Of a DNA stretch of 64,000 bases, positions 46,210 through 56,264 are shown one piece after another. The stretch lies in IMG/VR virus record IMGVR_UViG_3300043567_000723; one strand, given 5' to 3'. The position numbers were made by a program, and so were the translations under genes. Source of the DNA: a virus (Duplodnaviria > Caudoviricetes). Numbering within the stretch: the first letter of the stretch is position 1; each line of letters starts with the position of its first letter. The notes beneath the pieces were generated by a model, which saw only the letters and a list, made by a program, of their open reading frames with translations, ran no database searches and had not been told where the DNA came from.

Positions 46210-46845
46210 ATGGCCAGTATTGGATACAGGCAGAAAGGTGACAGCGGTCCTCTGTATAATCCCGAGCGCGACTACGCGTATGTCACGCCGACGCTGATGG
46301 TTCGCGCCATCGAGAATCTTGACGAGAGTGCGCGATCTGAAGAAGCAAAAATTTGGTATGAGCAGAACAACATATCGCAGGAAGAGATCGTTCAAGTCGC
46401 CGAAGCGCTAGCAAATGCGCAGCGCGACTTTATTAACGCGGCTGATCCTGTTAGTAGCTTTGAGCAGGCGTTAAACCGGCGCAATTTATTCAACTTTCGT
46501 TACCCACTGCGGTTAGCGCTATTCGCGGCGATTGGCGAAGTATTTTGTGCCGCGTGGTTTAAGGCTGTTAGAGAAGTCTCCGCAATCGGCGAAGATTCTC
46601 CTGCAGCCGGCGGCATGGCTCGTTTTTCTTCCGCTGTTGTGGAGTTCGCTAGGCGCAGCGGTGCGCCCGCCTACAACGCTGACTATATGGCGGAGCATCT
46701 CCAGCTTCGTCATGATGTATTGCAGACACGGTTGAATCTGGTGTATAAGGAGTTGCAGGCCGCGCAAGACAAACTTGCTGAGTACGCGGCGAAGGAACAA
46801 CAAACAGCTGCTACACCACCGAGTAAAAAATGGTGGTTCTGGTAA
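46210..46845 (+). CDS. Hypothetical protein with coiled-coil tail
   Basis: ATG at 46210; ends KKWWFW. Confidence 0.7.
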   Translation: MASIGYRQKGDSGPLYNPERDYAYVTPTLMVRAIENLDESARSEEAKIWYEQNNISQEEIVQVAEALANAQRDFINAADPVSSFEQALNRRNLFNFRYPLRLALFAAIGEVFCAAWFKAVREVSAIGEDSPAAGGMARFSSAVVEFARRSGAPAYNADYMAEHLQLRHDVLQTRLNLVYKELQAAQDKLAEYAAKEQQTAATPPSKKWWFW

Positions 46846-46878
46846 TGCGCCAACTTGGTTGTAGCTAGAAAGTAAATA

Positions 46879-47517
46879 ATGCCGAAGTACAGGATGTACA
46901 AAGACCCCAAGACATTTGGGGCCAAGCTTGATAAAAAGCCGGCTGACGCAATCCGATTCCTTGGGCTTGATCTTGGCAGTAACTGCGGTGCGGCTGTTTA
47001 TGACTTTATCCCCGGTAAAAAAATGCTGCAAGACAAGCTGCAGCTTTTTCAATGGGATTTGTCTACGCAGGGTTTAGAGTCTGGCGCTGCTCGTTTTGTT
47101 CGCCTGCGGGCTTTCTTGAACACTGTGTGCCCTGATGTTATCGGCTACGAAGACGTAAAATATACGCCGCCCCGCGAGTTTTTTGTAAACAAGAAATTCG
47201 GTATTCCTGCTGTGTTATCTCGCGTCGCTACGGCATCTGAAGTTCTCGGCGGCATGAAGGTCACTGTAGCCACATGGGCCGAAGAAGCCGATTTGCTGGC
47301 GCAGGGTTTTGCTATCAGTACGATTAAGAAATTCGCTACTGGTAACGGCAAGTCAAACAAGGAAGACATGATTGCGGCAGCGAATAAAACGCTGGGTGCC
47401 GCGTTTGACGCAGATAAGTATAAATCCACCGGTATTGATAACGTTGTCGACGCTGCGTTTGTATTACTCTTGCTTATTCAGACAACAAACGCCGGACTAA
47501 TCAATACAAAGAAATAG
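46879..47517 (+). CDS. ruvC: RuvC-like Holliday junction resolvase
   Basis: LGLDLG, YEDV, IKKFATG.G.S.KEDM..A, DN..DA. Confidence 0.82.
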   Translation: MPKYRMYKDPKTFGAKLDKKPADAIRFLGLDLGSNCGAAVYDFIPGKKMLQDKLQLFQWDLSTQGLESGAARFVRLRAFLNTVCPDVIGYEDVKYTPPREFFVNKKFGIPAVLSRVATASEVLGGMKVTVATWAEEADLLAQGFAISTIKKFATGNGKSNKEDMIAAANKTLGAAFDADKYKSTGIDNVVDAAFVLLLLIQTTNAGLINTKK

Positions 47518-47519
47518 CG

Positions 47520-48164
47520 ATGTCGCGGCCTGACACATTTCGAGAAGCCGACGTCATATCTGGCGCTGACGCGATACCGGTAATATCTTTTACGGACGCT
47601 CTGAGTCAGCGCGATAACCCGGTAGTTCTTTTTACGCCGGCGCTTCTTTTCACGCACGGTGGTTTCGACAGAGATCCGGTCATTGAGTTCGACGCGCGCT
47701 TTCCAGCCGAGTCGTCAAACTTGCGGCCGTTCTGTATCGACCTGACGAGAGATCGAGAATTTTTCTTTAAAGGCTTTGGCAACTTACCGGCGCCCAGTCG
47801 GCAAAAAATTATTAACTGGGATAAGCGCGTCTACGGTATTGCAGCGGAGCGCAAAGAAGAGTGTTTCGAGTTTCTTGGCGGCATTGCGTTTTCAAATCCA
47901 AAAACCGGTGTGTTTGCAAATACGTTCTCGCACGTAATACATGTCACAGATCCGACATCGCGCTCAGGGCAGGTACTGGATATAACTGTATTTGGCGTTA
48001 TGTCTAACGTGGCTGTCGTGTATGTTGAGCAGCGTTTAAAGGGTCCGGGTATCGTGCGGTCTGTGAGCATGAAGGCGTACAACGCAATACCGAAATCAAT
48101 TCGTGAGGCCGGATTGCTTGGTGGTTTCACCGGCGAAGACCCGTTGAGTATGCGAGATAAATAA
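47520..48164 (+). CDS. Hypothetical protein
   Basis: 214 aa ORF. Confidence 0.7.
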   Translation: MSRPDTFREADVISGADAIPVISFTDALSQRDNPVVLFTPALLFTHGGFDRDPVIEFDARFPAESSNLRPFCIDLTRDREFFFKGFGNLPAPSRQKIINWDKRVYGIAAERKEECFEFLGGIAFSNPKTGVFANTFSHVIHVTDPTSRSGQVLDITVFGVMSNVAVVYVEQRLKGPGIVRSVSMKAYNAIPKSIREAGLLGGFTGEDPLSMRDK

Positions 48165-48598
48165 TGAGCGATACTGATAACAATGAAACTGTGTCTTCGC
48201 CAGTTAAATACTATGCGGTTGTTTTGCATATCGACGGCACGCTCGCCGCGGAAGAGTTTGAGACGCTGCCGGATTTGGTAGCAAGACTCAAAGCGCTCAT
48301 AGACCGCGACGTTTCTGTTTTCAGTTTTGCCGGTACGCGGTTTCATATATCAAAACCGCCGTTCAGACACCTACTTACGGCAGACGGCCCTGTGCCGCTT
48401 TTTGATATTCCAAAAGAGAACTTCGAACCCGATGAAACTGGGTATCTCGGCGTTGATCCGGCGCACCTAGAAAATCCACCAGAGATTAAATCGCCGACAG
48501 TAAACAAGTCGTCTACACCCACTAACGAATTCTTCTCCGACGACGACGAAAACGTAATAAACGTTTTTGATGGCATTCTGCCAGACCCGGATAGCTGA
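48164..48598 (+). CDS. Hypothetical protein, acidic tail
   Basis: 144 aa, TAATG coupling. Confidence 0.7.
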   Translation: MSDTDNNETVSSPVKYYAVVLHIDGTLAAEEFETLPDLVARLKALIDRDVSVFSFAGTRFHISKPPFRHLLTADGPVPLFDIPKENFEPDETGYLGVDPAHLENPPEIKSPTVNKSSTPTNEFFSDDDENVINVFDGILPDPDS

Positions 48599-48707
48599 GC
48601 TAAATTTTTTGGCATATGCGGGCATATTTATTGTGTCCCGTGTTCTTCTGTTTGCCGCGGGCTCAGTTTAAATACGGTAGCAGTATCGCTGCCCGGGGGT
48701 TTTATGC

Positions 48708-48983
48708 TTGCGCGACGTAATTTGTTTTAGGGGGCGCCCTGTCCGTAGACAGGAGACCCTCGACATTAGTCGGATACTCGTGCAATTTTTTGACAAAGAC
48801 GTCTACGGCGCCTGCGAAGAGATTATCGTAACGCCGCGGGAATGGACTTTGTTTTCTTCGAAGAATTTCAACCGACGTCCAAGTAGGGACAACGGTATAA
48901 CCTTGTATGAAGGAGCAGAAAATGAACGGAAAAGAAATCGTAAAGATGCAGGCTGCAGGCGTGCAGGCTTTCGATCGCGTTAG
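48708..48983 (+). CDS. Hypothetical protein
   Basis: TTG start after GGGGG; 3' end overlaps the next gene by about 60 nt. Confidence 0.35.
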   Translation: MRDVICFRGRPVRRQETLDISRILVQFFDKDVYGACEEIIVTPREWTLFSSKNFNRRPSRDNGITLYEGAENERKRNRKDAGCRRAGFRSR

Positions 48984-50124
48984 CGCACGGTGCGAAGGAC
49001 TCGTAGCCGTGAGCTGGCTGGCCGGAGAAGACCGGACGTTCGACGAGAAGTTGCGTCGGTTTGGTGACGTTGTTCGCCCAACCGCGTTAGTTCTTGAGGT
49101 TACTCAGTATGGTGGTTTGACGTTATCAGTTGCGATTGTAAAACCGCAAGATGGTACCCCTGTTTTTGAAACATTAGGCAAGTGGGATTTTAGAGCGCCA
49201 ATTTCGCCTCGCGGGAAAAAGTCGCAAATGAATCTCAACCGGCTAAAGCATCGTTTAAACGCTAAGCGTGCCTGCGATATGCTGCACGTAATTTCTGACT
49301 TTGGCTACGCCGACAGGCGCGGCGAAGCTCCAAAGTTGTCTACGGCAAGGTGGCCGCAAGTTTGGGTTCCGTTTTATACGGGCAGAGAAGTCGTCGACCG
49401 TGATCGGTTGACGGCACTGGCTCTTCGGACCGCGCCAGAGTCTCTTCTGGAAATGCAATGCAGTCGGCTATACGACGAGCTTGTACGGCCAAATGGCGAC
49501 ACTACTTTAGTAGCCGCTGTTATTGCCGATCCAGAAGACGTGGCTGATGCAGTCCGTCGTGATCGTGCGCTGGAGGATTTTTCTCCGGTACTTGGTGCCC
49601 TAGACCGAAACCCTTTTGTGGGCGTAGATAACTTAGTTATTTCTTTCCCAAATCCAGCCGGCAAAATTCTAAGCCGCCGTGGAATTGCGGAAATTGATAA
49701 CCATACGTCGCAAACCGTCGTCGATGAGATTGCAGCCGAGATTCGTTTAACGATGCCTGATATCGAAATCTCAGAGTCAGAGGTGGCCGAGGCCATTCTT
49801 GATACTGACGCGCCGATTCGGGTGGCGGTGGATGTTAAAACGGCTGTCAACGATATGCCGGATACCGCGGCGTCTATTTTGCGGTATCAGGCTTCTAAGC
49901 GAGCGCAGCGGGAGGCTACGGATCAGGAGCTATTTACAGCTTTGGCAGATCCGAGTAAACCTTTGGTAATGCACAGGCTCAGCACTATTCAGGTTAACGA
50001 CATCGCGGCGTGGCAGAACATGCCGCGTCCGTATGCCGGTGACCTACTAGCGCCCATAGACTGGCAGCCCGCTTACAGGTTTCATACAGCACCTGTCGAG
50101 GAAACTACTGCTGAAGTAGTGTGA
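48922..50124 (+). CDS. Hypothetical protein
   Basis: AAGGAG RBS before ATG at 48922; about 400 aa. Confidence 0.75.
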   Translation: MNGKEIVKMQAAGVQAFDRVSARCEGLVAVSWLAGEDRTFDEKLRRFGDVVRPTALVLEVTQYGGLTLSVAIVKPQDGTPVFETLGKWDFRAPISPRGKKSQMNLNRLKHRLNAKRACDMLHVISDFGYADRRGEAPKLSTARWPQVWVPFYTGREVVDRDRLTALALRTAPESLLEMQCSRLYDELVRPNGDTTLVAAVIADPEDVADAVRRDRALEDFSPVLGALDRNPFVGVDNLVISFPNPAGKILSRRGIAEIDNHTSQTVVDEIAAEIRLTMPDIEISESEVAEAILDTDAPIRVAVDVKTAVNDMPDTAASILRYQASKRAQREATDQELFTALADPSKPLVMHRLSTIQVNDIAAWQNMPRPYAGDLLAPIDWQPAYRFHTAPVEETTAEVV

Positions 50125-50125
50125 C

Positions 50126-50413
50126 ATGCGCTATTTTATCAAACCGCAAAACAACGTTGCGTTATCGTGGCTATTAGACATAGACGCGGTACCGAGCACG
50201 TTGCCGTTTTTTCCAGAAAACGGTGATAGCGGTTTGGTAGTAGCACAGTTAATCTCCGGCAAAATACTCGCAGAAGTATTGCCGACGGCTGGGCATGTCA
50301 AGCTGGTATGCGGCGGCGGCGTTCCACTTGGTCGGCTGTATTTTCGAATTCCGAAAGAACAGCTATACGAAGTGTGTGACGATTTGACGCCAGAATCTTT
50401 CGGGGGGCAGTAG
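50126..50413 (+). CDS. Hypothetical protein
   Basis: 95 aa ORF. Confidence 0.65.
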   Translation: MRYFIKPQNNVALSWLLDIDAVPSTLPFFPENGDSGLVVAQLISGKILAEVLPTAGHVKLVCGGGVPLGRLYFRIPKEQLYEVCDDLTPESFGGQ

Positions 50414-50438
50414 GGCCCAACTACTCCCCCCTTTTTTT
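50402..50438 (+). terminator. Rho-independent terminator
   Basis: gggggg-c-agtag...ctact-cccccc followed by T7; marks the boundary with the structural module. Confidence 0.75.
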
Positions 50439-50454
50439 AGCTATTGGAGATTTT

Positions 50455-51396
50455 ATGGACGGTTACGGAGATCCTTCAACGACGCGGCTCGAAAACGGCC
50501 GCTCCATGTCCGAGCTTATGCGCGGCGGTGTTAAGGGTTTGCGTGGTGTCGTTGTTGCGCCGTCAACACCCGGCGGCGTACCGATCAATTTTGACCCGCA
50601 CGACCGCAGCAAAATTCAAATTAATGTGATCGACCCAAACGGCTCAAACGTGGGCGGCTTGCGGCTAGACAGCGTAAGCCGAGAGTCCGTAGAGCAGGCA
50701 ATGGCGCACGCCAAAGAGCAAATACACGGTAATGATATCAATTCAATTAGGGAGCGGGCCGCAATGGTATTCGAAGAATTGGCGAAACTGGAGAAATCAA
50801 GCGTGCAGCGTGTTCCAGTTAAACAAACCTCATCGCCACGCCCGCGCCAAGTAGTCGCGCCAAGAACAGACGATGAGTTTGAGCAGCAGGTTGTGGCCGA
50901 GCTGGAAACAGAGTCTGAGCTGCTCGCTGCGGCCCCACAACCGCGTCTACCGCCGATTGAGCAGATTGACCGCGGCTACAGTCCTATGGCCGCTTTTGGT
51001 CTTAAAAAGCAAGCTATGCAGATTCAAACGCCCGCTATAAATCCGGCGCACAAAGCCGGCCCACCGCAGAAATTAGTTTACTTTGAGAAAGAGGGTATTG
51101 GGACAGTTCCCGCATTTTTCCATGACGTAATAGTGTCTATTTCCCGCAAGGAAACCGACAGCACGGAAGAGAGCGGGTTTATTGTACTAATCTACGATTT
51201 GCGTTTTGAGCAAAATGCCGCACGCTGGTTTCCGCCCTCAAACGATCCGTATCAACGCCCGTGGGCAGCCAAGATTAGCGATGATCGGCGTTTATACCTT
51301 GTTCATACGACGGGATTTCAGTATGTTTATGATAACCGCGAGTATTGCATTTTACTCGTTGAGCGGGCCCTTCGGGCGAATTACGACGAGGAATGA
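50455..51396 (+). CDS. Hypothetical protein upstream of the putative portal
   Basis: 313 aa, GGAG RBS. Confidence 0.75.
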   Translation: MDGYGDPSTTRLENGRSMSELMRGGVKGLRGVVVAPSTPGGVPINFDPHDRSKIQINVIDPNGSNVGGLRLDSVSRESVEQAMAHAKEQIHGNDINSIRERAAMVFEELAKLEKSSVQRVPVKQTSSPRPRQVVAPRTDDEFEQQVVAELETESELLAAAPQPRLPPIEQIDRGYSPMAAFGLKKQAMQIQTPAINPAHKAGPPQKLVYFEKEGIGTVPAFFHDVIVSISRKETDSTEESGFIVLIYDLRFEQNAARWFPPSNDPYQRPWAAKISDDRRLYLVHTTGFQYVYDNREYCILLVERALRANYDEE

Positions 51397-51398
51397 AA

Positions 51399-51545
51399 AT
51401 GGAAAAACGTGGTGTCATTAAAGCCGGCCTAACTCCGCCAGTTGAACAGGACGAGCCGGTATCAAAAAGTCAGGAAAAGCGCGCTACAATCCAGCAGCTG
51501 GATGACGACTTACGCAAGCGCGCGGCCGAAGCAGCCAGTAAATAA
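51399..51545 (+). CDS. Small hypothetical protein (48 aa)
   Basis: MEKRGVIKAG...AAEAASK fills the gap; GAGGA RBS. Confidence 0.55.
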   Translation: MEKRGVIKAGLTPPVEQDEPVSKSQEKRATIQQLDDDLRKRAAEAASK

Positions 51546-51556
51546 ACGAGGCTCCT

Positions 51557-53503
51557 GTGTCGCTACAACCCACAGCTTCAATGGGCTACAACTCTCTCGG
51601 CCGCGGTGCGCAGGCTGACGAGCGGTTCCCAGATCCGTTTTGTGACATAGCCAGCCTGTCGATGCCTGAGAGCATCCAGTCTGCGCTTCGTTGGACAGAA
51701 TACATCATGAACGCGAACGGCCCTTATCGGCAGGCCGTTGATCGCGTTGTGTCTTATTTTATTACCGACGTCGAAGTTAGCGATGTCGGTGAAAATAAAA
51801 CAGGGCGCGAAGAGAAAGAAAAATATCAGACGTTTCTTGAAGATACGTTGAGCATAAAGAACGTACTGCATTCCGTAGCCATGGATTACATGACTTACGG
51901 TAACTCCTTCACGAGCGTCCTTGTTCCTTTCCGGCGCTATCTGTCGTGTAAAAAATGCGGCCTTGAGATGCCGCTGGACCGTGTTCATAACTCAAAATCG
52001 TGTGCTTTTTCGTGGCAGAACTTTGAATTTCATGCCACGTGCCCGAACTGCAAATATGTCGGCCCTTGGAAACACATCGACCGGCGCAGCGGAGATACAG
52101 GGCATATAACAGTTAAACGCTGGAGCCCGCACGAAATAGATATCTTATGGGATCCGTATACGGGCGAATGCAGCTATGTGTGGAAAATCCCAGAAGACTA
52201 CCGCAATCTGATTAAAGCTGGTCACCTGCACCACATTGAACGCGCAAGCTGGGAGATTATTCAGGCCGTCAAGAACGGCCAGAATCTAATGTTTGATAAA
52301 GGCGTGGTCTTCCACTTGTCTGAAGATCCGCTGGCCGGCATGCGCAATCGCGGTTGGGGTATTTCGCGCATACTCGTTAATTTTCGCCAAGCGTGGTATT
52401 ATCAGATTCTGCAGCGCTACAACGAAGCTATCGCGCTTGACTACATCATTCCATTCCGCGTCATCACGCCGCAGCCTCGCGGTGGTGACGGACAATCAGC
52501 AGACCCAGTCCACACGATTAATCTGTCGAGCTTCACAGCCCGCGTTAATTCGATGATTCGCGCGCGGCGTACTGACCCGGCGCGCTGGAACGTGCTGCCG
52601 TTTCCGGTGAACTATCAGGCCCTTGGCGGCGACGCGTCTCAATTAGCGCCGCGCGACTTAATTGAGCAGGGCCTTGAAACGTTGCTTAAATGCATCGGCA
52701 TGCCAGTTGAGCTATTTAACGGTTCGCTGTCGTTCCAGTCTGCGCCAGCTGCGCTTCGCTTATTTGAGGCAAATTGGAGCCACTTACCGCACAATTTAAA
52801 TATCTTTTTGAACGAGCTGGTTGGGCAAGTATCGAAGATTATGTCGTGGGATCCTGTAAGCGCCCGGCTCGTAAGAGTCACGCACGCCGACGATCTCAAC
52901 CGTCAGATGGCCAAGCTGCAGCTTATGCAGGGCCAGCAGATCAGCAAACGCACTGGTCTCAAGAGCGTTGGCTTGGATTACCAAGACGAAGTCAAGCAAA
53001 TGCTCGAAGAGGAAAAGATCTACGCGGACGAGCAGGAGCGCATGCAGGTCGAGATGCAGCAGGCTCAGTCGATGAAGGACATGAGCCAATCGCCCGACAT
53101 GATGATGGGCGCTGGCAATACAGGCGCAAGCGCAACTGGTATGCCCGCGCCGCCAGCACAGGGTGCACCGGCTGGTGGTCAACCGCAAGCCGGCGCTATG
53201 CCGGGACAGGCGCCAAGTCCAGTCGATCAGTTCCTCGCACAACGTCAGAACTCGCCGAATGTCCCGCGCACGCCGGAAGAATTACAGCAACAAGCGCAGC
53301 TGATTGCGAACCAGCTGTTGTCTATGCCGGAGTCGATCAAGGACGGCGAGCTGCTCAAACTAAAACGCTCGGACGCCACGATGCACGCACTCGTTACAAG
53401 CATTATCGACGACATACGCCAGCAGGCGCGTTCGCAGGGCGGCGCTATGGTAATGGCGCAGCAATTTGGTCAGGGCCAGCCGCAGGGGGCGCCACCGGTT
53501 TAA
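51557..53503 (+). CDS. Putative portal protein with Zn-ribbon insertion
   Basis: 648 aa, helical, Gln/Pro-rich C-terminal tail, at the start of the structural block; CKKC and CPNC insert; assignment by recollection of large-phage portals. Confidence 0.5.
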   Translation: MSLQPTASMGYNSLGRGAQADERFPDPFCDIASLSMPESIQSALRWTEYIMNANGPYRQAVDRVVSYFITDVEVSDVGENKTGREEKEKYQTFLEDTLSIKNVLHSVAMDYMTYGNSFTSVLVPFRRYLSCKKCGLEMPLDRVHNSKSCAFSWQNFEFHATCPNCKYVGPWKHIDRRSGDTGHITVKRWSPHEIDILWDPYTGECSYVWKIPEDYRNLIKAGHLHHIERASWEIIQAVKNGQNLMFDKGVVFHLSEDPLAGMRNRGWGISRILVNFRQAWYYQILQRYNEAIALDYIIPFRVITPQPRGGDGQSADPVHTINLSSFTARVNSMIRARRTDPARWNVLPFPVNYQALGGDASQLAPRDLIEQGLETLLKCIGMPVELFNGSLSFQSAPAALRLFEANWSHLPHNLNIFLNELVGQVSKIMSWDPVSARLVRVTHADDLNRQMAKLQLMQGQQISKRTGLKSVGLDYQDEVKQMLEEEKIYADEQERMQVEMQQAQSMKDMSQSPDMMMGAGNTGASATGMPAPPAQGAPAGGQPQAGAMPGQAPSPVDQFLAQRQNSPNVPRTPEELQQQAQLIANQLLSMPESIKDGELLKLKRSDATMHALVTSIIDDIRQQARSQGGAMVMAQQFGQGQPQGAPPV

Positions 53504-53509
53504 TCGCAG

Positions 53510-54553
53510 ATGCGCATTGGTATTTACACACACTATGCTCACTGCGACGAGGCGTATTTTGCCATACGCCTTGCCGATTTTTTACGTGCGCAAGGCATTG
53601 ACTGCGGCATTTATTCAGATGCGCCGCCAGCAAAGTTACGCACCGCTCACGACGGCGCTGTTTGCCATAAAAAGAAACGCAGCTTTTCTTCGTGGGTCAA
53701 AGACTGCTCTACGATTATTTGGACGCACCCACCAAAACTAGACACGCTGAGTTACACAAAGCGTTTGGGCATTCGTACGTTTATCGTACCTATGTGGCAG
53801 GAACTGTTGCGCCCGTTTCGTAAAGTTCTTCAGCGGGCGGATCACGTTATTGTGATGAGCGCGGAAGAGCGCGAGCTATTCACAAAGATCTACAAATTAA
53901 AAAATGTGACAATGATCCCGTTTGATACGGGGTTGCCAAATACCAAAAAAACAAAACCCGTCAATCACCGGCAGATAAAGATATTTTTACCGTGGTTTGA
54001 TAGGAATGCCCGGTGCGCGCATAGCCAGTTTCTCGGCTTTTTGGGCTATCTGATTGAGCGCATGCCGGACGCCACGCTGACTGTGGCGATTACGTCTAGC
54101 CGGTTTTCGCCCGCTATAGCCAAGTTTTTTCAGCGGCTTGGGCGTAAGACTAGCGGCCGCGTAAAGCTGCTTAGAAACATCCCGCTCTCAAAGCGGCCGG
54201 CGCTATACACAGCGCACGACGTTACGCTTTTTCCGGCAGAATGCGACAACTACGGGTTCTGTAATTTAACGTCAATTAGCTGCGGTACACCGGTGTTGTC
54301 TTTTGCCCTGTCGCCCCAAATTGATTTTGTGTACCAAGATGCAAACGGCGTACTTGTAAAAACTCGTGTAGACTACGACGAAAACGGAGTACCGCACGCA
54401 GCGCCAGACTACGAAAAGCTGATGACTGTATTACAAACCATGATTGCGGAACCGCTACATATTGATAACTTAAACAAACGCGTGACATATAACCTGACAA
54501 CTCGGCGCAAATCGTTCGAGCTTGGTTGGCAGACGATATTAAAGCTTGTTTGA
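53510..54553 (+). CDS. GT-B (GT4-like) glycosyltransferase
   Basis: MRIGIY strand, ADHVIVMS, Y.AHDV.LFPA.CDNYGFC.LTSISCGTPVL. Confidence 0.75.
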   Translation: MRIGIYTHYAHCDEAYFAIRLADFLRAQGIDCGIYSDAPPAKLRTAHDGAVCHKKKRSFSSWVKDCSTIIWTHPPKLDTLSYTKRLGIRTFIVPMWQELLRPFRKVLQRADHVIVMSAEERELFTKIYKLKNVTMIPFDTGLPNTKKTKPVNHRQIKIFLPWFDRNARCAHSQFLGFLGYLIERMPDATLTVAITSSRFSPAIAKFFQRLGRKTSGRVKLLRNIPLSKRPALYTAHDVTLFPAECDNYGFCNLTSISCGTPVLSFALSPQIDFVYQDANGVLVKTRVDYDENGVPHAAPDYEKLMTVLQTMIAEPLHIDNLNKRVTYNLTTRRKSFELGWQTILKLV

Positions 54554-54569
54554 GGCATACGGAGATGCC

Positions 54570-55319
54570 ATGAAAAAAATTGAAGGTTCGTCCATCAGAA
54601 AGACGTTTGATTTTGCCGTCGCGCATTACGGCGACAAACAGACGCACATGGGTGTCAAACTCGTAGATCACTGCAAGCTTGTTGCACGCCAGTCTGAGAT
54701 CATCGCTCAAAAACTCTATCAAGATGTGCGCGCTGACCACCTACCGGACGACACAAAAGACAGCATATCGGCAATTATGCAGGGCGCGCTGCTGCACGAC
54801 GTTCTTAACGTTAGCGCATGCGCCTTTGAGAATATTGCAGAAATTTCTAGTGTTCAGATCGCCGCCATGGTCGCAGACATTAGTCGGGATTTCAGGCTTG
54901 TAGAAACAAAGCGGGATATGGAGTTTCGCGGGCGGTTAAGTCAGAGCCCTGTCGGCTCGCAGATTATCGTTGTGGCTGATATTATCTGCACGGCAAAAGA
55001 CATTCTGCGGAGCTTGAGCGATTCTGGGCTGGCGGCCGTCCCGAAAGCTAAAAAACTACTGACGCAACTGGACGGCGACTTGCTGGCAATTCACGCGGCT
55101 AGTCGGTATTACATGCTGCGCCTTTACGTACACGCTGCGAGAAACATGCTTGGCGACGTAAGTCAGACAATTAAAACCTGCAGGCACAAAGCGAAACTTG
55201 ACAAAATCGTAGCTCAAAATACAACCGGTATACGCGCCAAAGCCGCTGCGGCTGAAAAACAGGCAAATACTAAAAAGAAGAAGGAAGTGCGTTATGCTCG
55301 AAAGCGAAGTGTTGAATAA
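54570..55319 (+). CDS. HD-domain protein, SpoT/Mesh1 hydrolase-like (degenerate)
   Basis: F.FA..H..D.Q......H...VA, ALLHDV, I..MV..IS, I.VAD. Confidence 0.65.
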   Translation: MKKIEGSSIRKTFDFAVAHYGDKQTHMGVKLVDHCKLVARQSEIIAQKLYQDVRADHLPDDTKDSISAIMQGALLHDVLNVSACAFENIAEISSVQIAAMVADISRDFRLVETKRDMEFRGRLSQSPVGSQIIVVADIICTAKDILRSLSDSGLAAVPKAKKLLTQLDGDLLAIHAASRYYMLRLYVHAARNMLGDVSQTIKTCRHKAKLDKIVAQNTTGIRAKAAAAEKQANTKKKKEVRYARKRSVE

Positions 55320-55611
55320 GATTCTTGACGATTTCACGTCTAGCAATCCTGACATGGCGACAGAGCAGTTGAAGACATTTTGTCAGTATGCCGCTACGTG
55401 GCTTGCTTCTCGTGGTGTGGTCGGCGTAGGACACACGGTCGACGGCATGTCTCTACGATTTGCTGACGGGCAAGAGCTGCTGCTTCTTAGCCCGCCAGAA
55501 GTAACTAAGAGCCCCGCGCTGTCAGACGCAGTGGGCATCACGGGCAACGCGTCAAAGATAACAAAACCGGTTATTGATTCGCCGAGCTTTAATATCACAG
55601 GTCGTCAGTAG
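55294..55611 (+). CDS. Hypothetical protein
   Basis: 105 aa, AAGGA RBS. Confidence 0.65.
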   Translation: MLESEVLNKILDDFTSSNPDMATEQLKTFCQYAATWLASRGVVGVGHTVDGMSLRFADGQELLLLSPPEVTKSPALSDAVGITGNASKITKPVIDSPSFNITGRQ

Positions 55612-55621
55612 AGAGGTTTTT

Positions 55622-56227
55622 GTGTTTGTTTGCTTTGAGGGGATTGACGGCGCTGGTAAATCCACGCAGGCACGTATGCTGCACCAGCGTCTTTTGAATG
55701 ACGGTGTATCTGCCGCACTTGTTGCCGACCCGGGAACAACAAAGATAGGAACTGCAATCAGGCAGATCCTGCTGCACAACGACGACCCCATCTCCCCGGC
55801 GGCCCAGATGTTGTTGTTCTCAGCTGCCCGGGCAGAGCTGGCAACGCACATTAAAAGTTTGCTGTCAGATAACCAGACTGTTATTTGTGACCGCTGGTTG
55901 CTGTCTACGCTTGTTTATCAGGGCGAGATAAACAACATTTCGGCTGAGCTTATTACGCACATCTTTCGCGAGACATCTGATGTGCGCCCGGACATATGCT
56001 TTCTGCTCGACATTGCGCCTGAAGATGCGCAAAAAAGAATGGGGCAGCCCCGCGACCGGTATGAGCGGCGTTGTTCAGAAGAGCAAAACCGCATGCGGCT
56101 AGCCTACACGACGCATGCGCAGCAGCGACCACACGCAGCTGCCGTGCATCACATCAACGCAGACCGAGATCCAGAAGAGACACATAGCGATATTTATTCT
56201 CTTTACAAGCTTGCTCAGTCAGTTTGA
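55622..56227 (+). CDS. tmk: Thymidylate kinase
   Basis: FEGIDGAGKSTQ, DPG, LLFSAARA, VICDRW..S..VYQG, PD....LD. Confidence 0.92.
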   Translation: MFVCFEGIDGAGKSTQARMLHQRLLNDGVSAALVADPGTTKIGTAIRQILLHNDDPISPAAQMLLFSAARAELATHIKSLLSDNQTVICDRWLLSTLVYQGEINNISAELITHIFRETSDVRPDICFLLDIAPEDAQKRMGQPRDRYERRCSEEQNRMRLAYTTHAQQRPHAAAVHHINADRDPEETHSDIYSLYKLAQSV

Positions 56228-56264
56228 ATAACAGCTAACACCACGTGAAAGGACTCACACAACA

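Noticed and set aside
48704-48730. Programmed frameshift linking ATG 48704 to the 48708 ORF
   Set aside because: The TTG start with a G-rich RBS explains the ORF; no slippery site lies within the short frame.
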